Sequence record: MT880872.1
Length of the DNA stretch: 64,000 nt
Origin: Staphylococcus phage PhiSepi-HH3
Direction: 5' to 3' (one strand)
The notes beneath the pieces were generated by a model, which ran no database searches, was not told the origin of the DNA, and saw nothing but the letters and a program-made list of their open reading frames with translations. This document shows, piece by piece, positions 50,401 through 60,171 of the stretch; the first letter of the stretch is position 1, and each line of letters begins with the position of its first letter. The translations under genes were made by a program, and so were the position numbers.

Positions 50401-53400
50401 TGTATTAGTAACTAAATCAGAATATCAAGATATTACAAATAGATATTCTTCAATGTCTGCAAATACAGATTTAAAATCGGAAAGTAAATTAGATTTAACA
50501 AAATCTTATAAAACTTTAGATACTAGCTTTAATGACTTTGTTAAATATATTGACGAAATGACAATGGATAGAATTGCAGATGAGACTGAGAAAGTTAATT
50601 ACAAAAAGAAATATGATACTTTACAAAAGAACTTATCAGATTATATGAAAAAATATGATAACTGTATTTTGGAAATATCTAAAAAGTATTCTAATGACGC
50701 AGCAGATAAAGTGTTAGGTGACTTCACAGCTATTGCTACTGAATTACAAAATGATTTCCAAGATGTTAAAGACAATTGGGCTGAATTCAAGCAAACTACT
50801 CTTGAGTCATTTAAAGATGGTATAGTAACTGAGGCAGAAAAAGCTCGACTAAGAGTACAATTAGATATGCTTGATCGTGAAAGCATAGATATTGAAGAAC
50901 GATATAAAAGCTTACTTGCTAACCAATATACTAATACTGATATTAAAAATCGCTTAACTGCTTCACGTTCTCCTTACTTATCAGTTCATGCTAGTTTAAG
51001 AAAAGTAATTGAACAAATAATTGCTGACGGAAAAGTTGATGAAAGTGAAAAAACATTAGCTAATAATTCACTTAATACATACAACACAACATTAACTGCT
51101 TATTCTAAAACAATTCAAGAAGCTCTAAATACATTATCACAAATCATCTCTTCTGATGTAGCAAGTAAAAAAGTTGAAGAATTCAATGGTGTAATAACTA
51201 CAATTTCTTCAGACGTTGATACAATCAAGAAACAAAGAGATGGTGCAGTAATCACTTATTATTATAGCGGTGTACCTACATTATCTAACGATCCAGCTAA
51301 AAGTTGGACGACTAATGATTTAAAAGACTTACATATTAAAGATATGTATTTAGACACTAAATCTGGTTATGCATATACTTTCACTAAATCTGGTACTAGT
51401 TATTCTTGGAAACCACTTACTGACCAAGTTATTGTTAGCTCATTGAAACAAGCAAAAAATGCACAAGACACAGCGGACAATAAACGTAGAGTTTTTGTAA
51501 CTCAACCTATTCCTCCTTATGATCAAGGAGATATGTGGACTCAAGGTTCACAAGGAGATATTTATGTCTGTGGAACTTCGAGAGCTACTGGCTCATTCGT
51601 AAGTAGCGACTGGGTTAAAGCGAGCAAATACACTGACGATACAGTAGCTAAACAGGCAGCAAAAGATTTAGAAGATTATAAAGTCAAAATGACTAAAGAC
51701 TTCAAAGATTTAAATGACGGTGTATCTACTTTTAAAACTGAAGTGGTTAAAGATTTCAAAGATGGAATTGTAACTGAAGCTGAGAAAACTAGATTACGTG
51801 TTCAATTAGATATCTTAGATAGAGAAAGTCAAGATATCGAAGAAAGATATAATAGTATCTTTAACAGTCAATATGCAGATACTCAAGTTAAAACTTCTAT
51901 TTCTAACGCACGCTCTACTTATAATAACTCTCTTACTAAGTTAAGAAACACTATTCAAACCGTGATTGAAGATGGAAAAGTAACGCCTACTGAGAAAACT
52001 ACTGCTAATCAAACTTTAACCGCATATAATAATGCTTTAACGAGTTATTCAGCTGCTATCCAAGAAGCATTAAATAGCATGTCAAAAGTAATTGCTCAAA
52101 AAGAAGCTACTAGTCAAGTAAATCAATTCAATGAAGTTATCAAAAATATAAATACAAATATTACTGATATTCAAAAACAAGTTGATGGTGCAATTGAAAC
52201 TTTCTATTACAGTGGAGTACCAACACTTACTAATATCCCCGCTTCGTATTGGACAACTGCTAGTAAACGTGAAGCTCATTTAGGTGATTTATATTTAGAC
52301 ACTGCTACTGGTGTTGCTTATCGTTTCTTAAAAAAAGGAACAACTTCCCCTACTTACTATTGGTCTCCAATTTCTGATCAAATTATTACAGACGCATTGA
52401 ATAGAGCAAAAACAGCTCAAGACACCGCCGATGGAAAAAGAAGAGTTTTTGTAAATACACCTGTTCCACCATACGACACTGGTGACATGTGGACGCAAGG
52501 AGCTAGTGGTGACATCTTAGTTTGTAAAACACCTAAAGCTAAAGGTGGTATTTACTCAATAAGCGACTGGGTAAAAGCTAGTAAGTATACAGATGATACA
52601 GTAGCAAACAGTGCTGTTCAACAATTAAATGAATACAAACGCACTAATAATCTTGATATCGCAGACCTAAAGAGAAAAACTAGTGACTTCGAAAAAACAG
52701 TTGTAAATGCATTTGACGATAGAGTCATTAGTATTTCCGAGTCTTCATCTATTAAAGGACAACTTGCTCTACTTAATCACGAAAAAGATAGATTAACTAG
52801 ACAATACGAAAATATAATCAGAAATTCTAATCTTGTTGGAGCAGAAAAAACTAAATTATCTACTGCATATTCAAATATAAATACTAAGCTTAGTGATTTA
52901 AGTACAACTATTAATAGTGCAATTGTTGATAATAAAATTGTTGACGCTGAAAGTAAATCTGTAACTTCAAAATTTGAATTGTATAAAGCTTCAGTTAATG
53001 AATATCAAATCGCTTTTGATAATGCTCTAAACTCAATTATTAGAGAAATCGCTTCTTCCCAAGCTAAAGATAGATTAGATGAATGGAAACGTACAGAATT
53101 TAGTACAGACTCAGACGGTATTATTGAAAGAGTAGCTGGTGCTAAGTTTGACTCAAAATGGACTGATACTTGGAGAAATACAGTTAACCCAGCTATTCAA
53201 CAAGTGAGTAATATAACATATGGAAGTGAAAACCTATTACTTAATAGCGAAAGTCGAAGTGACGGTGCTAATACCACGACTCACTCTTTTATAAGATACT
53301 ACCTGACACGCCCTTTAGAAACAGGGAAAACTTATACTTTAAAAGCTAGTGTTTTAACAACTGATGAAAGACAAAGTGGACAAATTAGTGTTTATCCATA

Positions 53401-55519
53401 CTCCCCTAACGGAGCAAGAGAGACAGTAAATATTAAAGACGGTAAAATTACTTATACATTTACTGCACAAACTGAAAGTACACAATTTCTTATTTATAAA
53501 GACGTGGCTGGTCAATCTGATGTAGACTTAAATGTAACAATCGAGAAGGCTATTTTAGTCGAAGGAAATAAAGTTACAGGGTGGTCTCCAGCACCAGAGG
53601 AGACTTCTTCTGCTTTACGAGATTATAATACTCGTATCTCCTCAGCAGAAACATTCATTGAGAAAAACAAAGAAAAGATTTCTCAAATTGCTACTAAATC
53701 TGATGTTGACGCTTCACTTAGTAAAGTAGCTACTTATGAAACTCAATATAATGTTTCTAGCGGAACTAACTATCAAATTCCTCTTCAAGAATACAATGGT
53801 TCATTCTTTACCGACAACTACACTTATGAAGTTGTAGCTAAAAATAACTCTTTAAGTTCTAACAACGTAGCAACTGCTATATTCGTAAGTAAAGGTTCAA
53901 ACAATGGTTATGAATTGGTTGAATTAGACAACATGTCTAAAACTGGTGCTAACCCTAGATTTGTTTTAGACAGTAAAGGTAGACCTTCTATCTCTACTTT
54001 CTCCCCTCAATCTACTACTCAAGATATTTCAGTTATTTACACTAAATATTTAGGTAGTGCTTCAGCAATCAATACAACTAAATCATTGATTGAGCAAACT
54101 GCTAGTTCTATTGAATTACAAGTTAAGAAACTTACTGCTGAGACTGAATACAACAACATATTATTAAATTCAGACTTCTCTTCTGGCTGGGAAGGTTGGA
54201 TAAATGTTGATCCTCAGTATAGTATTGTTGATAAAAATACTTTTGGTATCACTCTTCCTGACGCAATCACTAATAAAAATAAGAAATATAATACAGTTAA
54301 AATGACATACAATAAAAATACAAATTACCCTTCTGTATTTTCTAATTTTATTTCTGTTGGAAAAGGTCAAGAGGTAGCTATTGGTGAACATTTAACACTA
54401 ACTTGTTATGCCTATATCCCTTCTTCATCTAAAGGTAAATTAACTGGTAACATATATATTGAATTCGCTGGTTACTATGAAAAAGACCAAAAATCAAACC
54501 CAATGATTGCTAGACATGAAATATTACCTAAAGATTTTGAATATAATAAATGGTTCAGAATGACAGCTAGTACTGCTATTCCTTCTACTAACTCTGAGGG
54601 TAAAAAAATCAATTATATTAGAGCTTGTTTACGTTATGACGGTAAAAATCAAAGCGTAAATAATAGTGCTATATTCTATTATGCGTTACCTCAATTAGAG
54701 CGTGGATCAAAACCAACCGAGTGGTCGTTATCAAGACTTGACGTATTTAGCACTGAACAATTGGCAGCTAAGATTGCCTTAAACCCAGAGAGTGTGGATA
54801 TTATCGCAAGAAATATTGATTTCAATACTGACTCAATGAAGATTTATAATTCTAACGGTACATTAAACATTTCTGGAGATACTTTAACAATTAGTAACAA
54901 CAATAGTTCTAATGAAGTAATTATAAATCCAAAAGGTTTTACACTTAAAAAAGATGGTGTAGTTAAGTTTAAAAATGGACTAGACACAAGCGATTATAGT
55001 GTCCAAGCTTATGAACCACAGTTTAGTTCATGGAATAATATTAAAGCTACTGATCCCGCTGCTAAGAGTAAGTATAATTACATTCGACATATTGAGCCGG
55101 GGATGAATGGTTATTACACTATAAATACTGGTGTTTACAATTTTGCAGTACAACACAAACAACTATTAGAGGTAAATAATACAAAAAATGCGAGAGTTAA
55201 CAGGTATACATATCTTTACAACAAAAGGTATTTAAAAATACAAATGTCTGCTTCTTCTCGAGGTAAAAGTAAGCTTTATATAATATTCAAGACAAAAACT
55301 GGAGATACTACACTCCATCAAGAAATAGTTAGTTCTAGTTCAATGGTATACCCAGATATAACAATTGACTTACAGGCTAAATTAGGTTATCCGCCTAACA
55401 ATTTGCCAGACTTTTTTGAATTACAAGCTGGTATTGCCTATGGAGAAAATAATTCTATTGATGGTTTCTTTAGAATTAGACGTATGGCAATGACAGATAC
55501 ACCAAATGCGGAGGTTTAA
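47474..55519 (+). CDS. Tail-associated lysin (Tal)-like N-terminus fused to a giant fibre or receptor-binding protein (2681 aa) with an internal tandem duplication of about 335 aa
   Basis: Tal-like N-terminus MTLNNHFAYTFEERPTPKLWLCKPDG. The duplicated module ..KDFKDGIVTEAEK(A/T)RLRVQLD..YYSGVPTL..RRVFV..PPYD.GDMWTQG.. occurs at about 50800-51750 and about 51750-52750. C-terminal beta-rich domains follow. Confidence 0.75.
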   Translation: MTLNNHFAYTFEERPTPKLWLCKPDGTRIERIADFSKLGGTFKFTNVNTLHFDLPLQVFSEDTKQIERNKVVDLVKNKYLIDYRYNGYRDIFVIDDIKKSANDSDFITLNLDSRASELNKKAANEIELLGSTIPQMMNKILSVYAPLWKLGHVDGKIIDVKRELTGSNTTVNALIDNICSLFDAVAIYNNINRTISFYHKDNVGTNRGLRVRENSYLKSFEDQFVSKDIVTRLYPFGQSGLTIQSVNPAGSSYIEDFSYFMSPFKRDNNRNVLQHSDYMSDELCHALLDYQEFYASKKDQAGELSKQYSAILKEHSQEDFRLNQLSATLQRLNERVELVKPKSEYIDLGTKVKNFKITVPKSSYYLIMIRNDGSFTRIKFNNKQYDIPSGEWLYIKLKTGKFNDATKFEKQLEYPLEILSANANLRVVYTRSSEGDYEEEDTKTIEEKYNLEKYKILVKDQEKVVASIERRLKAFEDQKASVIRSMNAKNFLSEKLYNERELYVFESVWTEENHTDAQELYDDAVKQMKEQKKINRTITVDLVNFIQSLDHKDDWDKLNVGDKVVFQNKIFNTKIKAYITEMQLDFQTNQVKITISDIFDYKDLDTIIAEKLAQTTSTSSQVDFHKQQIREQTGRITDMTRLIEGEWDANKKRVMAGNETVDIGSHGVKVISKENPNEFVIMVGGVIAMTRDNGETFKTGITPEGINAEMLIGKMIVGETLTFENESGTVKFDKDGLYVNSKNFHLVSNDGEEDYFDKLKREMSENAKQQTDRMLEEYKKEVSQTISEATDVRNIVDNAADILQAAFADGVITDVEKRLISETLAQLEKENREFEDKINLALNHPYITEEDTIELNNSIVEYSSMYETLVISINESVSDKMITPQESEEINQNIINFREEIKDILSLVEEIIERTKNAQLQATLEEAKDYTTRVRDDIKDELKDLNNSFKSLNSTVEESLQDNIFDAAELEAIKTVVLVTKSEYQDITNRYSSMSANTDLKSESKLDLTKSYKTLDTSFNDFVKYIDEMTMDRIADETEKVNYKKKYDTLQKNLSDYMKKYDNCILEISKKYSNDAADKVLGDFTAIATELQNDFQDVKDNWAEFKQTTLESFKDGIVTEAEKARLRVQLDMLDRESIDIEERYKSLLANQYTNTDIKNRLTASRSPYLSVHASLRKVIEQIIADGKVDESEKTLANNSLNTYNTTLTAYSKTIQEALNTLSQIISSDVASKKVEEFNGVITTISSDVDTIKKQRDGAVITYYYSGVPTLSNDPAKSWTTNDLKDLHIKDMYLDTKSGYAYTFTKSGTSYSWKPLTDQVIVSSLKQAKNAQDTADNKRRVFVTQPIPPYDQGDMWTQGSQGDIYVCGTSRATGSFVSSDWVKASKYTDDTVAKQAAKDLEDYKVKMTKDFKDLNDGVSTFKTEVVKDFKDGIVTEAEKTRLRVQLDILDRESQDIEERYNSIFNSQYADTQVKTSISNARSTYNNSLTKLRNTIQTVIEDGKVTPTEKTTANQTLTAYNNALTSYSAAIQEALNSMSKVIAQKEATSQVNQFNEVIKNINTNITDIQKQVDGAIETFYYSGVPTLTNIPASYWTTASKREAHLGDLYLDTATGVAYRFLKKGTTSPTYYWSPISDQIITDALNRAKTAQDTADGKRRVFVNTPVPPYDTGDMWTQGASGDILVCKTPKAKGGIYSISDWVKASKYTDDTVANSAVQQLNEYKRTNNLDIADLKRKTSDFEKTVVNAFDDRVISISESSSIKGQLALLNHEKDRLTRQYENIIRNSNLVGAEKTKLSTAYSNINTKLSDLSTTINSAIVDNKIVDAESKSVTSKFELYKASVNEYQIAFDNALNSIIREIASSQAKDRLDEWKRTEFSTDSDGIIERVAGAKFDSKWTDTWRNTVNPAIQQVSNITYGSENLLLNSESRSDGANTTTHSFIRYYLTRPLETGKTYTLKASVLTTDERQSGQISVYPYSPNGARETVNIKDGKITYTFTAQTESTQFLIYKDVAGQSDVDLNVTIEKAILVEGNKVTGWSPAPEETSSALRDYNTRISSAETFIEKNKEKISQIATKSDVDASLSKVATYETQYNVSSGTNYQIPLQEYNGSFFTDNYTYEVVAKNNSLSSNNVATAIFVSKGSNNGYELVELDNMSKTGANPRFVLDSKGRPSISTFSPQSTTQDISVIYTKYLGSASAINTTKSLIEQTASSIELQVKKLTAETEYNNILLNSDFSSGWEGWINVDPQYSIVDKNTFGITLPDAITNKNKKYNTVKMTYNKNTNYPSVFSNFISVGKGQEVAIGEHLTLTCYAYIPSSSKGKLTGNIYIEFAGYYEKDQKSNPMIARHEILPKDFEYNKWFRMTASTAIPSTNSEGKKINYIRACLRYDGKNQSVNNSAIFYYALPQLERGSKPTEWSLSRLDVFSTEQLAAKIALNPESVDIIARNIDFNTDSMKIYNSNGTLNISGDTLTISNNNSSNEVIINPKGFTLKKDGVVKFKNGLDTSDYSVQAYEPQFSSWNNIKATDPAAKSKYNYIRHIEPGMNGYYTINTGVYNFAVQHKQLLEVNNTKNARVNRYTYLYNKRYLKIQMSASSRGKSKLYIIFKTKTGDTTLHQEIVSSSSMVYPDITIDLQAKLGYPPNNLPDFFELQAGIAYGENNSIDGFFRIRRMAMTDTPNAEV

Positions 55520-55521
55520 AA

Positions 55522-55896
55522 ATGGAAATCATAAAAACTTATGACTCACTCATTAACTTAGAAAATGGAGATTATTACACGGATCGCTATGTATTAGCTG
55601 TTCCATACACTTCTATTGGTGAGGATGGAAAAATATTCGGTGATTACTCTTTTGGCTCAACCTTTCACACGGTTGTTCCTTGTGCTACTTTAATTATTGA
55701 CGAAAATACGCATAATCAATTAGAAAGTTTAAGACTTAAAATTATTGATGGCGTATATAAATTAGTAGCACCAGATGGTTATAAATTCATAACTGTTGAA
55801 GAAAATGAAAGCGAAGAAGACCGTGAAATTCGTGAATTAGAAGAAATGTTAGCAAAATTAAGATCGAAAAAAAGGAGTTTAAATAATAATGAATAA
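55522..55896 (+). CDS. Hypothetical tail-associated protein (124 aa)
   Basis: RBS GGAGG. Start overlaps the preceding gene. Confidence 0.45.
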   Translation: MEIIKTYDSLINLENGDYYTDRYVLAVPYTSIGEDGKIFGDYSFGSTFHTVVPCATLIIDENTHNQLESLRLKIIDGVYKLVAPDGYKFITVEENESEEDREIRELEEMLAKLRSKKRSLNNNE

Positions 55897-56056
55897 AAAT
55901 GATTTAAATTTACAAATACAAAGATTACAAGCACAAAATGAGAAGTTATCAACTGTTGTTGGAAATCAAGCAAATTATATTGCTGAGCTTGAAGTGACGA
56001 ATGAAATGTTGTTATCTCAAATTCAAAATAATGATGAACAAGAAGCTCAAGGTTAA
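55889..56056 (+). CDS. Small coiled-coil protein (55 aa: MNKNDLNLQIQRLQAQNEKLSTVVGNQANYIAELEVTNEMLLSQIQNNDEQEAQG)
   Basis: Not in the track because it is short. RBS AAGGAG 8 nt upstream, with a terminator following. Confidence 0.45.
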   Translation: MNKNDLNLQIQRLQAQNEKLSTVVGNQANYIAELEVTNEMLLSQIQNNDEQEAQG

Positions 56057-56075
56057 TACCTTGAGTTTTCTTATG
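56047..56075 (+). terminator. Hairpin ctcaagg-ttaata-ccttgag followed by ttttctt
   Basis: Read directly. Confidence 0.55.
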
Positions 56076-56097
56076 TAGAATACAAGGAGTGTTTTAA

Positions 56098-58767
56098 TTG
56101 TCATATTTTAATAATGTCTATACGTTAAAATTAGATATCAAGCAACAAAACCCTAACCCAGTAATTCGTATTGTTCAATATGACTCAGCTGTTTTTAAAA
56201 TAGAGTTATATGATAATGGACGAAAAATAGATATCAAAGATGGCGAGAGATTTACGGTTAGTGTAGAACATGAGGCTACTGGTGAAACTCATTCTGGTAT
56301 CGCTAAATACGATGGTGAACAATTTGTTGTTTATGATTTAAGAAAAGCTGATATGAAAAATATTGGTACATATAGAGCAAGATTTGCCTCTTATAAAGAT
56401 AGAAACCGTGTTTCTTCACTAATGTTCAGATATGAAGTTTATGAAGATTATGAAACTGTTGGAGACGCTAGTGAATTAACTATGCTCCAAGAACTATTCC
56501 AAGAAGTTGAAGAAGTTGGAAGAGTTACACAACGTCAAGGTGAATATGCTGAGGATCGTGGAGATTATGCTAATGCAGCTGGTGACTATGCAAACCGTGC
56601 TGGAGACTCTCAGATTATGAATTGGCTACCTTACGTTAAGACCTTAGCTGAAAGAAATAAACTATATCCAAACCCGGAAAACGGCGATACTGTTTATGTT
56701 ATTGATGAAAATAAAGTATTCAGGTATGACGGAATTGACGCATTAGACTGGGAAGCAATTTCTGGATATGACACTTCAGTTATTCAAGACATTTATAATA
56801 CTAAAGAAGATAAAACAGTTGTTGCTAAATTAAGAGAAGATTTAAATTCATTAACTATTGGTGCTAGAAACTTACTCACAGGTACAGATTTCGAAAAACC
56901 TATGAATTTAAAATATACCTCACCTACCTTTACTTTCACTCAAAATAAATCAGACTCATCTATGACATTAGCCCCTACTGATAAATACGTTTCAACTTCT
57001 GCTGTATACTTTGATTTAGAAAAAGAAGCTCTCGAAAATAATTTCTTTACCCTTTCATTTAACGTAAAAGTATTAAGTGGTAGTGCTACACTCAAGTTTA
57101 AAGTTGGTGACGCTGCTTATTCTGAGCCTGTTACTGTAAAAGCTTCATCTAATTACCAACGTGTAGTATTAACTGCTTCAACTCAAGATTTAAAAACGAA
57201 TAAAACTAACCTTTTATTGCAAACTACAAGTGCTATTGCCATTGAAAAAGAAAGCTTTAAAGCAGAAATCGGTAATAGAGCAACTACTTGGACACCTTCT
57301 TATCTAGATGTAAAAACAAAACTGGATGACTATGGTACTAGAATTAAAGGTTTAGAAGTTGAAATGAACACAAACGTAGTTAAGAAATCGGTCTATGAAG
57401 CTGATAAATCTAAAAATGAAGAGAAGCTCAGTAAGATTATACAAGACGCTAATAGTTTAACATCTATCGTTTCTAAGAAAGTTGATAAAGGTCAAGTTAA
57501 ATCTATGATCAACCAAACTGCTGAACGTATCAAAATTAAAGCAAGTAATATTGATTTTGATGGAGTAGTTGTATTCAAAAACAGAAACAATAAGATTGAT
57601 CCTAACGCTTTTGTAAGAATTAACGGTGGAGAATTAACTGCTAAAGGTTACTACCGAAGAGTATGGCGTGATGGTAAAGCTCGTAACCGTGTTCAAGTTG
57701 TTCAACTTACAGACGGAATGCTAAGAATTTCCGATCCAAAAGGTGACTTAGTTGACTCAACAAAAGATAGAGACTATCGCTATGATATTGATGTTAATGG
57801 TAAGAAAGTTTATAGTACAGTTCGTTCTCTTTACTATTCTTCAGATGGTGTCTCTACTTACCGTGACGGTTCTGGTAAAGCATTTAATAAAGAAGGTAAA
57901 GTAGTTTCTTCTGGTACTATCGAATTCTTCTCACATGAATATTCTAGAAGTCGTGGTTTAACATTATATTCTGCTGGTGGTACAATTGGTTTACAAGCAG
58001 CTAACAATGCTATTCATATTGACGCAGCGGCTACTTTATATAATCGTTCAAGACAAGCTAATGTAATAATTCGACCTCATGAGAACGTTCGTAAAGGTAT
58101 CAACGACTTCAAATTTGGTATTAGTGCTGATAATACAGGTAGACTTGTTTATGGTGATGAAAGTAAACGTTTAGGTGTAGGACTTAGATTTTCTAAATCA
58201 TCTAAAAACAAAGTAATTACAGGTATTGACTCAACTGGACGTGCTAGTTCAGATGTACGTTTGGAAATTGGTGAAGTAAGAGCTAACAAAATTTTATCAA
58301 GAGATGGTAAGGAAACAGTTTACTTCAACAATGCTGGTAGTGGTAACTTAACTCAATCAGCTACTTTACGTGCTGGCGGTATCAAAACTAATGCAACTAA
58401 CTTCTATGTTGGTGTACGTGGTGAACTACGTGTTACTAATACTAGAGGTGCTAACTTTGGTAAAGGTATTGGTTACATGCCTGTAAGAGCAAGTAAATTT
58501 AACTCTGTATCTAGTAGAAAATATAAAACAAATATTAAAGATTTAGAAATTAATTCTTTAGATGTTTTGAATTCTACTGATATTAAACAATACAATCTTA
58601 AATCTGATTTAAATGACGGTATCGACAAAGTTAAATATGGTGTGATCCTTGAAGACTCTCATGACGCTTTAAAAGAAGGAGACGCAATTGACGTTTATAC
58701 TATGACTTCTATCCTTTGGGATGTTGTTAAAAAGCAACAAAAAGAAATCGAGCAATTGAAAAAATAA
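56098..58767 (+). CDS. Tail fibre or baseplate upper protein (BppU-like N-terminus) with a C-terminal peptidase S74 intramolecular chaperone domain
   Basis: TTG start after GGAG. The C-terminal region VSSRKYKTNIKDLE...DVYTMTSILWDVVKKQQKEIEQLKK resembles the auto-processing chaperone. Confidence 0.65.
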   Translation: MSYFNNVYTLKLDIKQQNPNPVIRIVQYDSAVFKIELYDNGRKIDIKDGERFTVSVEHEATGETHSGIAKYDGEQFVVYDLRKADMKNIGTYRARFASYKDRNRVSSLMFRYEVYEDYETVGDASELTMLQELFQEVEEVGRVTQRQGEYAEDRGDYANAAGDYANRAGDSQIMNWLPYVKTLAERNKLYPNPENGDTVYVIDENKVFRYDGIDALDWEAISGYDTSVIQDIYNTKEDKTVVAKLREDLNSLTIGARNLLTGTDFEKPMNLKYTSPTFTFTQNKSDSSMTLAPTDKYVSTSAVYFDLEKEALENNFFTLSFNVKVLSGSATLKFKVGDAAYSEPVTVKASSNYQRVVLTASTQDLKTNKTNLLLQTTSAIAIEKESFKAEIGNRATTWTPSYLDVKTKLDDYGTRIKGLEVEMNTNVVKKSVYEADKSKNEEKLSKIIQDANSLTSIVSKKVDKGQVKSMINQTAERIKIKASNIDFDGVVVFKNRNNKIDPNAFVRINGGELTAKGYYRRVWRDGKARNRVQVVQLTDGMLRISDPKGDLVDSTKDRDYRYDIDVNGKKVYSTVRSLYYSSDGVSTYRDGSGKAFNKEGKVVSSGTIEFFSHEYSRSRGLTLYSAGGTIGLQAANNAIHIDAAATLYNRSRQANVIIRPHENVRKGINDFKFGISADNTGRLVYGDESKRLGVGLRFSKSSKNKVITGIDSTGRASSDVRLEIGEVRANKILSRDGKETVYFNNAGSGNLTQSATLRAGGIKTNATNFYVGVRGELRVTNTRGANFGKGIGYMPVRASKFNSVSSRKYKTNIKDLEINSLDVLNSTDIKQYNLKSDLNDGIDKVKYGVILEDSHDALKEGDAIDVYTMTSILWDVVKKQQKEIEQLKK

Positions 58768-58810
58768 TCTCTAAGGTGGCTATTTATTAGTCACCTATCT
58801 TCTTTATAAG

Positions 58811-59275
58811 GTGGTGATAACCATTAGAAAGCTAAATGAGTTAAGAGAACTTCTCAAGAAAAACTTATTACAGTTGAATATAGCCACAATTGGTTTTGAC
58901 GTATTAATCATAAGTACAAGTATAATTGGTATGATCAAATCAATAGAATGGATCAATAAGAACACTAGTGAATTAAAAAATGCTTCTGTATTCTACTATA
59001 ATATCTCTGAAGTTGTTGATATACAGATAATGGGATGGTTGCTTTTAGTATCATGTTTAATATTATTAATTTCAGTATTCATTAGAACACCAAATGAATT
59101 CAGACTTATGATTTTAGGTGGCTTGGTATCAGGCTTAGTTTATTTTGCATTTGGCATTCTTGCAGTGGATAACGCTTCTTTATACGCAACATATTACAAT
59201 AATCTTATCAATGGATGGGTTCAAATATTAATAGCAGGAATGGGTGCAATTGGCATATGGAAAACGAAAGTATAA
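58811..59275 (+). CDS. Membrane protein with about four TM helices (lysis-cassette associated)
   Basis: Hydrophobic segments read from the translation. Confidence 0.4.
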   Translation: MVITIRKLNELRELLKKNLLQLNIATIGFDVLIISTSIIGMIKSIEWINKNTSELKNASVFYYNISEVVDIQIMGWLLLVSCLILLISVFIRTPNEFRLMILGGLVSGLVYFAFGILAVDNASLYATYYNNLINGWVQILIAGMGAIGIWKTKV

Positions 59276-59769
59276 TCGAGGTGCAATTATCTGGTATTAA
59301 GGAAGATGTAACAAAACTACAAGAAGATCATGACAAAACAAAAGAGCGTCAAGATAAACTTGACACCAAAATTGAAAAAACTTTAGATAAAATGCAAAAG
59401 TATCAAGATATGAACAATGAAAAGTTTTTACAGTTAAGTATAAACAATGCTCAAATGTTAGAGATGACTAAAAATGTAGAAAAAAATACTGAAAGAACTG
59501 CGGATATCATGGAGAAAATGGTTGAAGAAGATAAAGAAACAAAGGCTTCAATTGATAAAAAGTTTGCTGAAGTCGATGACGATATTAGTGACTTGAAATC
59601 AGAAATTCATACTAAAATCAATTCTATTGAGACTACTAGTATTAGTGAAGATGGAGAGTCGAGAATATCTGGTAAGACTTGGGGTACAATTTTGATTGCC
59701 CTTTTTGCACTTATGGAAACAATGATTAAGGTAGTAGCTCCCCTACTAGCTCCATTAATCACAAAATAA
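59258..59769 (+). CDS. XhlA-like coiled-coil protein with a C-terminal TM anchor (lysis-associated)
   Basis: Internal ATG at 59258. A long coiled coil ends in GTILIALFALMETMIKVVAPLLAPL. Confidence 0.4.
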
Positions 59770-59790
59770 ATTTAAAGGAGATAAAATATA

Positions 59791-60120
59791 ATGATTAAAC
59801 TTGATAAAGGATCACTTGTTAGAGGTGTTTTAGGTTTACTTGCTTTCTTAAACGTAGCTTTAGAATTGTCTGGTCATAACCCTATTCCTATTGATGAAGG
59901 TGCAATTAATACATTTATTACTCTAGCCTTCTTAGGTGTTACAACTATTCTTGGTTATTATAAGAACTTCAATGTAACTCAAGAGGCACATGTTGCTCAA
60001 GCTAACTTAAACGCTTTGAAACAACAAAAGAAATACGCACAAAACACAGGTGGAGTAATCTCAGCAGCTATGGCTAATGAAGATAGTCTTCCTAACAAAC
60101 ATTTAGATCAAACTATTTAA
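59791..60120 (+). CDS. Holin (2 TM helices, charged C-terminus)
   Basis: RBS AAAGGAG, 109 aa. Confidence 0.6.
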   Translation: MIKLDKGSLVRGVLGLLAFLNVALELSGHNPIPIDEGAINTFITLAFLGVTTILGYYKNFNVTQEAHVAQANLNALKQQKKYAQNTGGVISAAMANEDSLPNKHLDQTI

Positions 60121-60123
60121 TCT

Positions 60124-60155
60124 AAGCCGAGTTATCTATTAACTCGGTTTTAATT
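60124..60155 (+). terminator. Hairpin ccgagtt-atctatt-aactcgg followed by ttttaatt
   Basis: Read directly. Confidence 0.5.
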
Positions 60156-60171
60156 AATAAGGAGTGCAATA

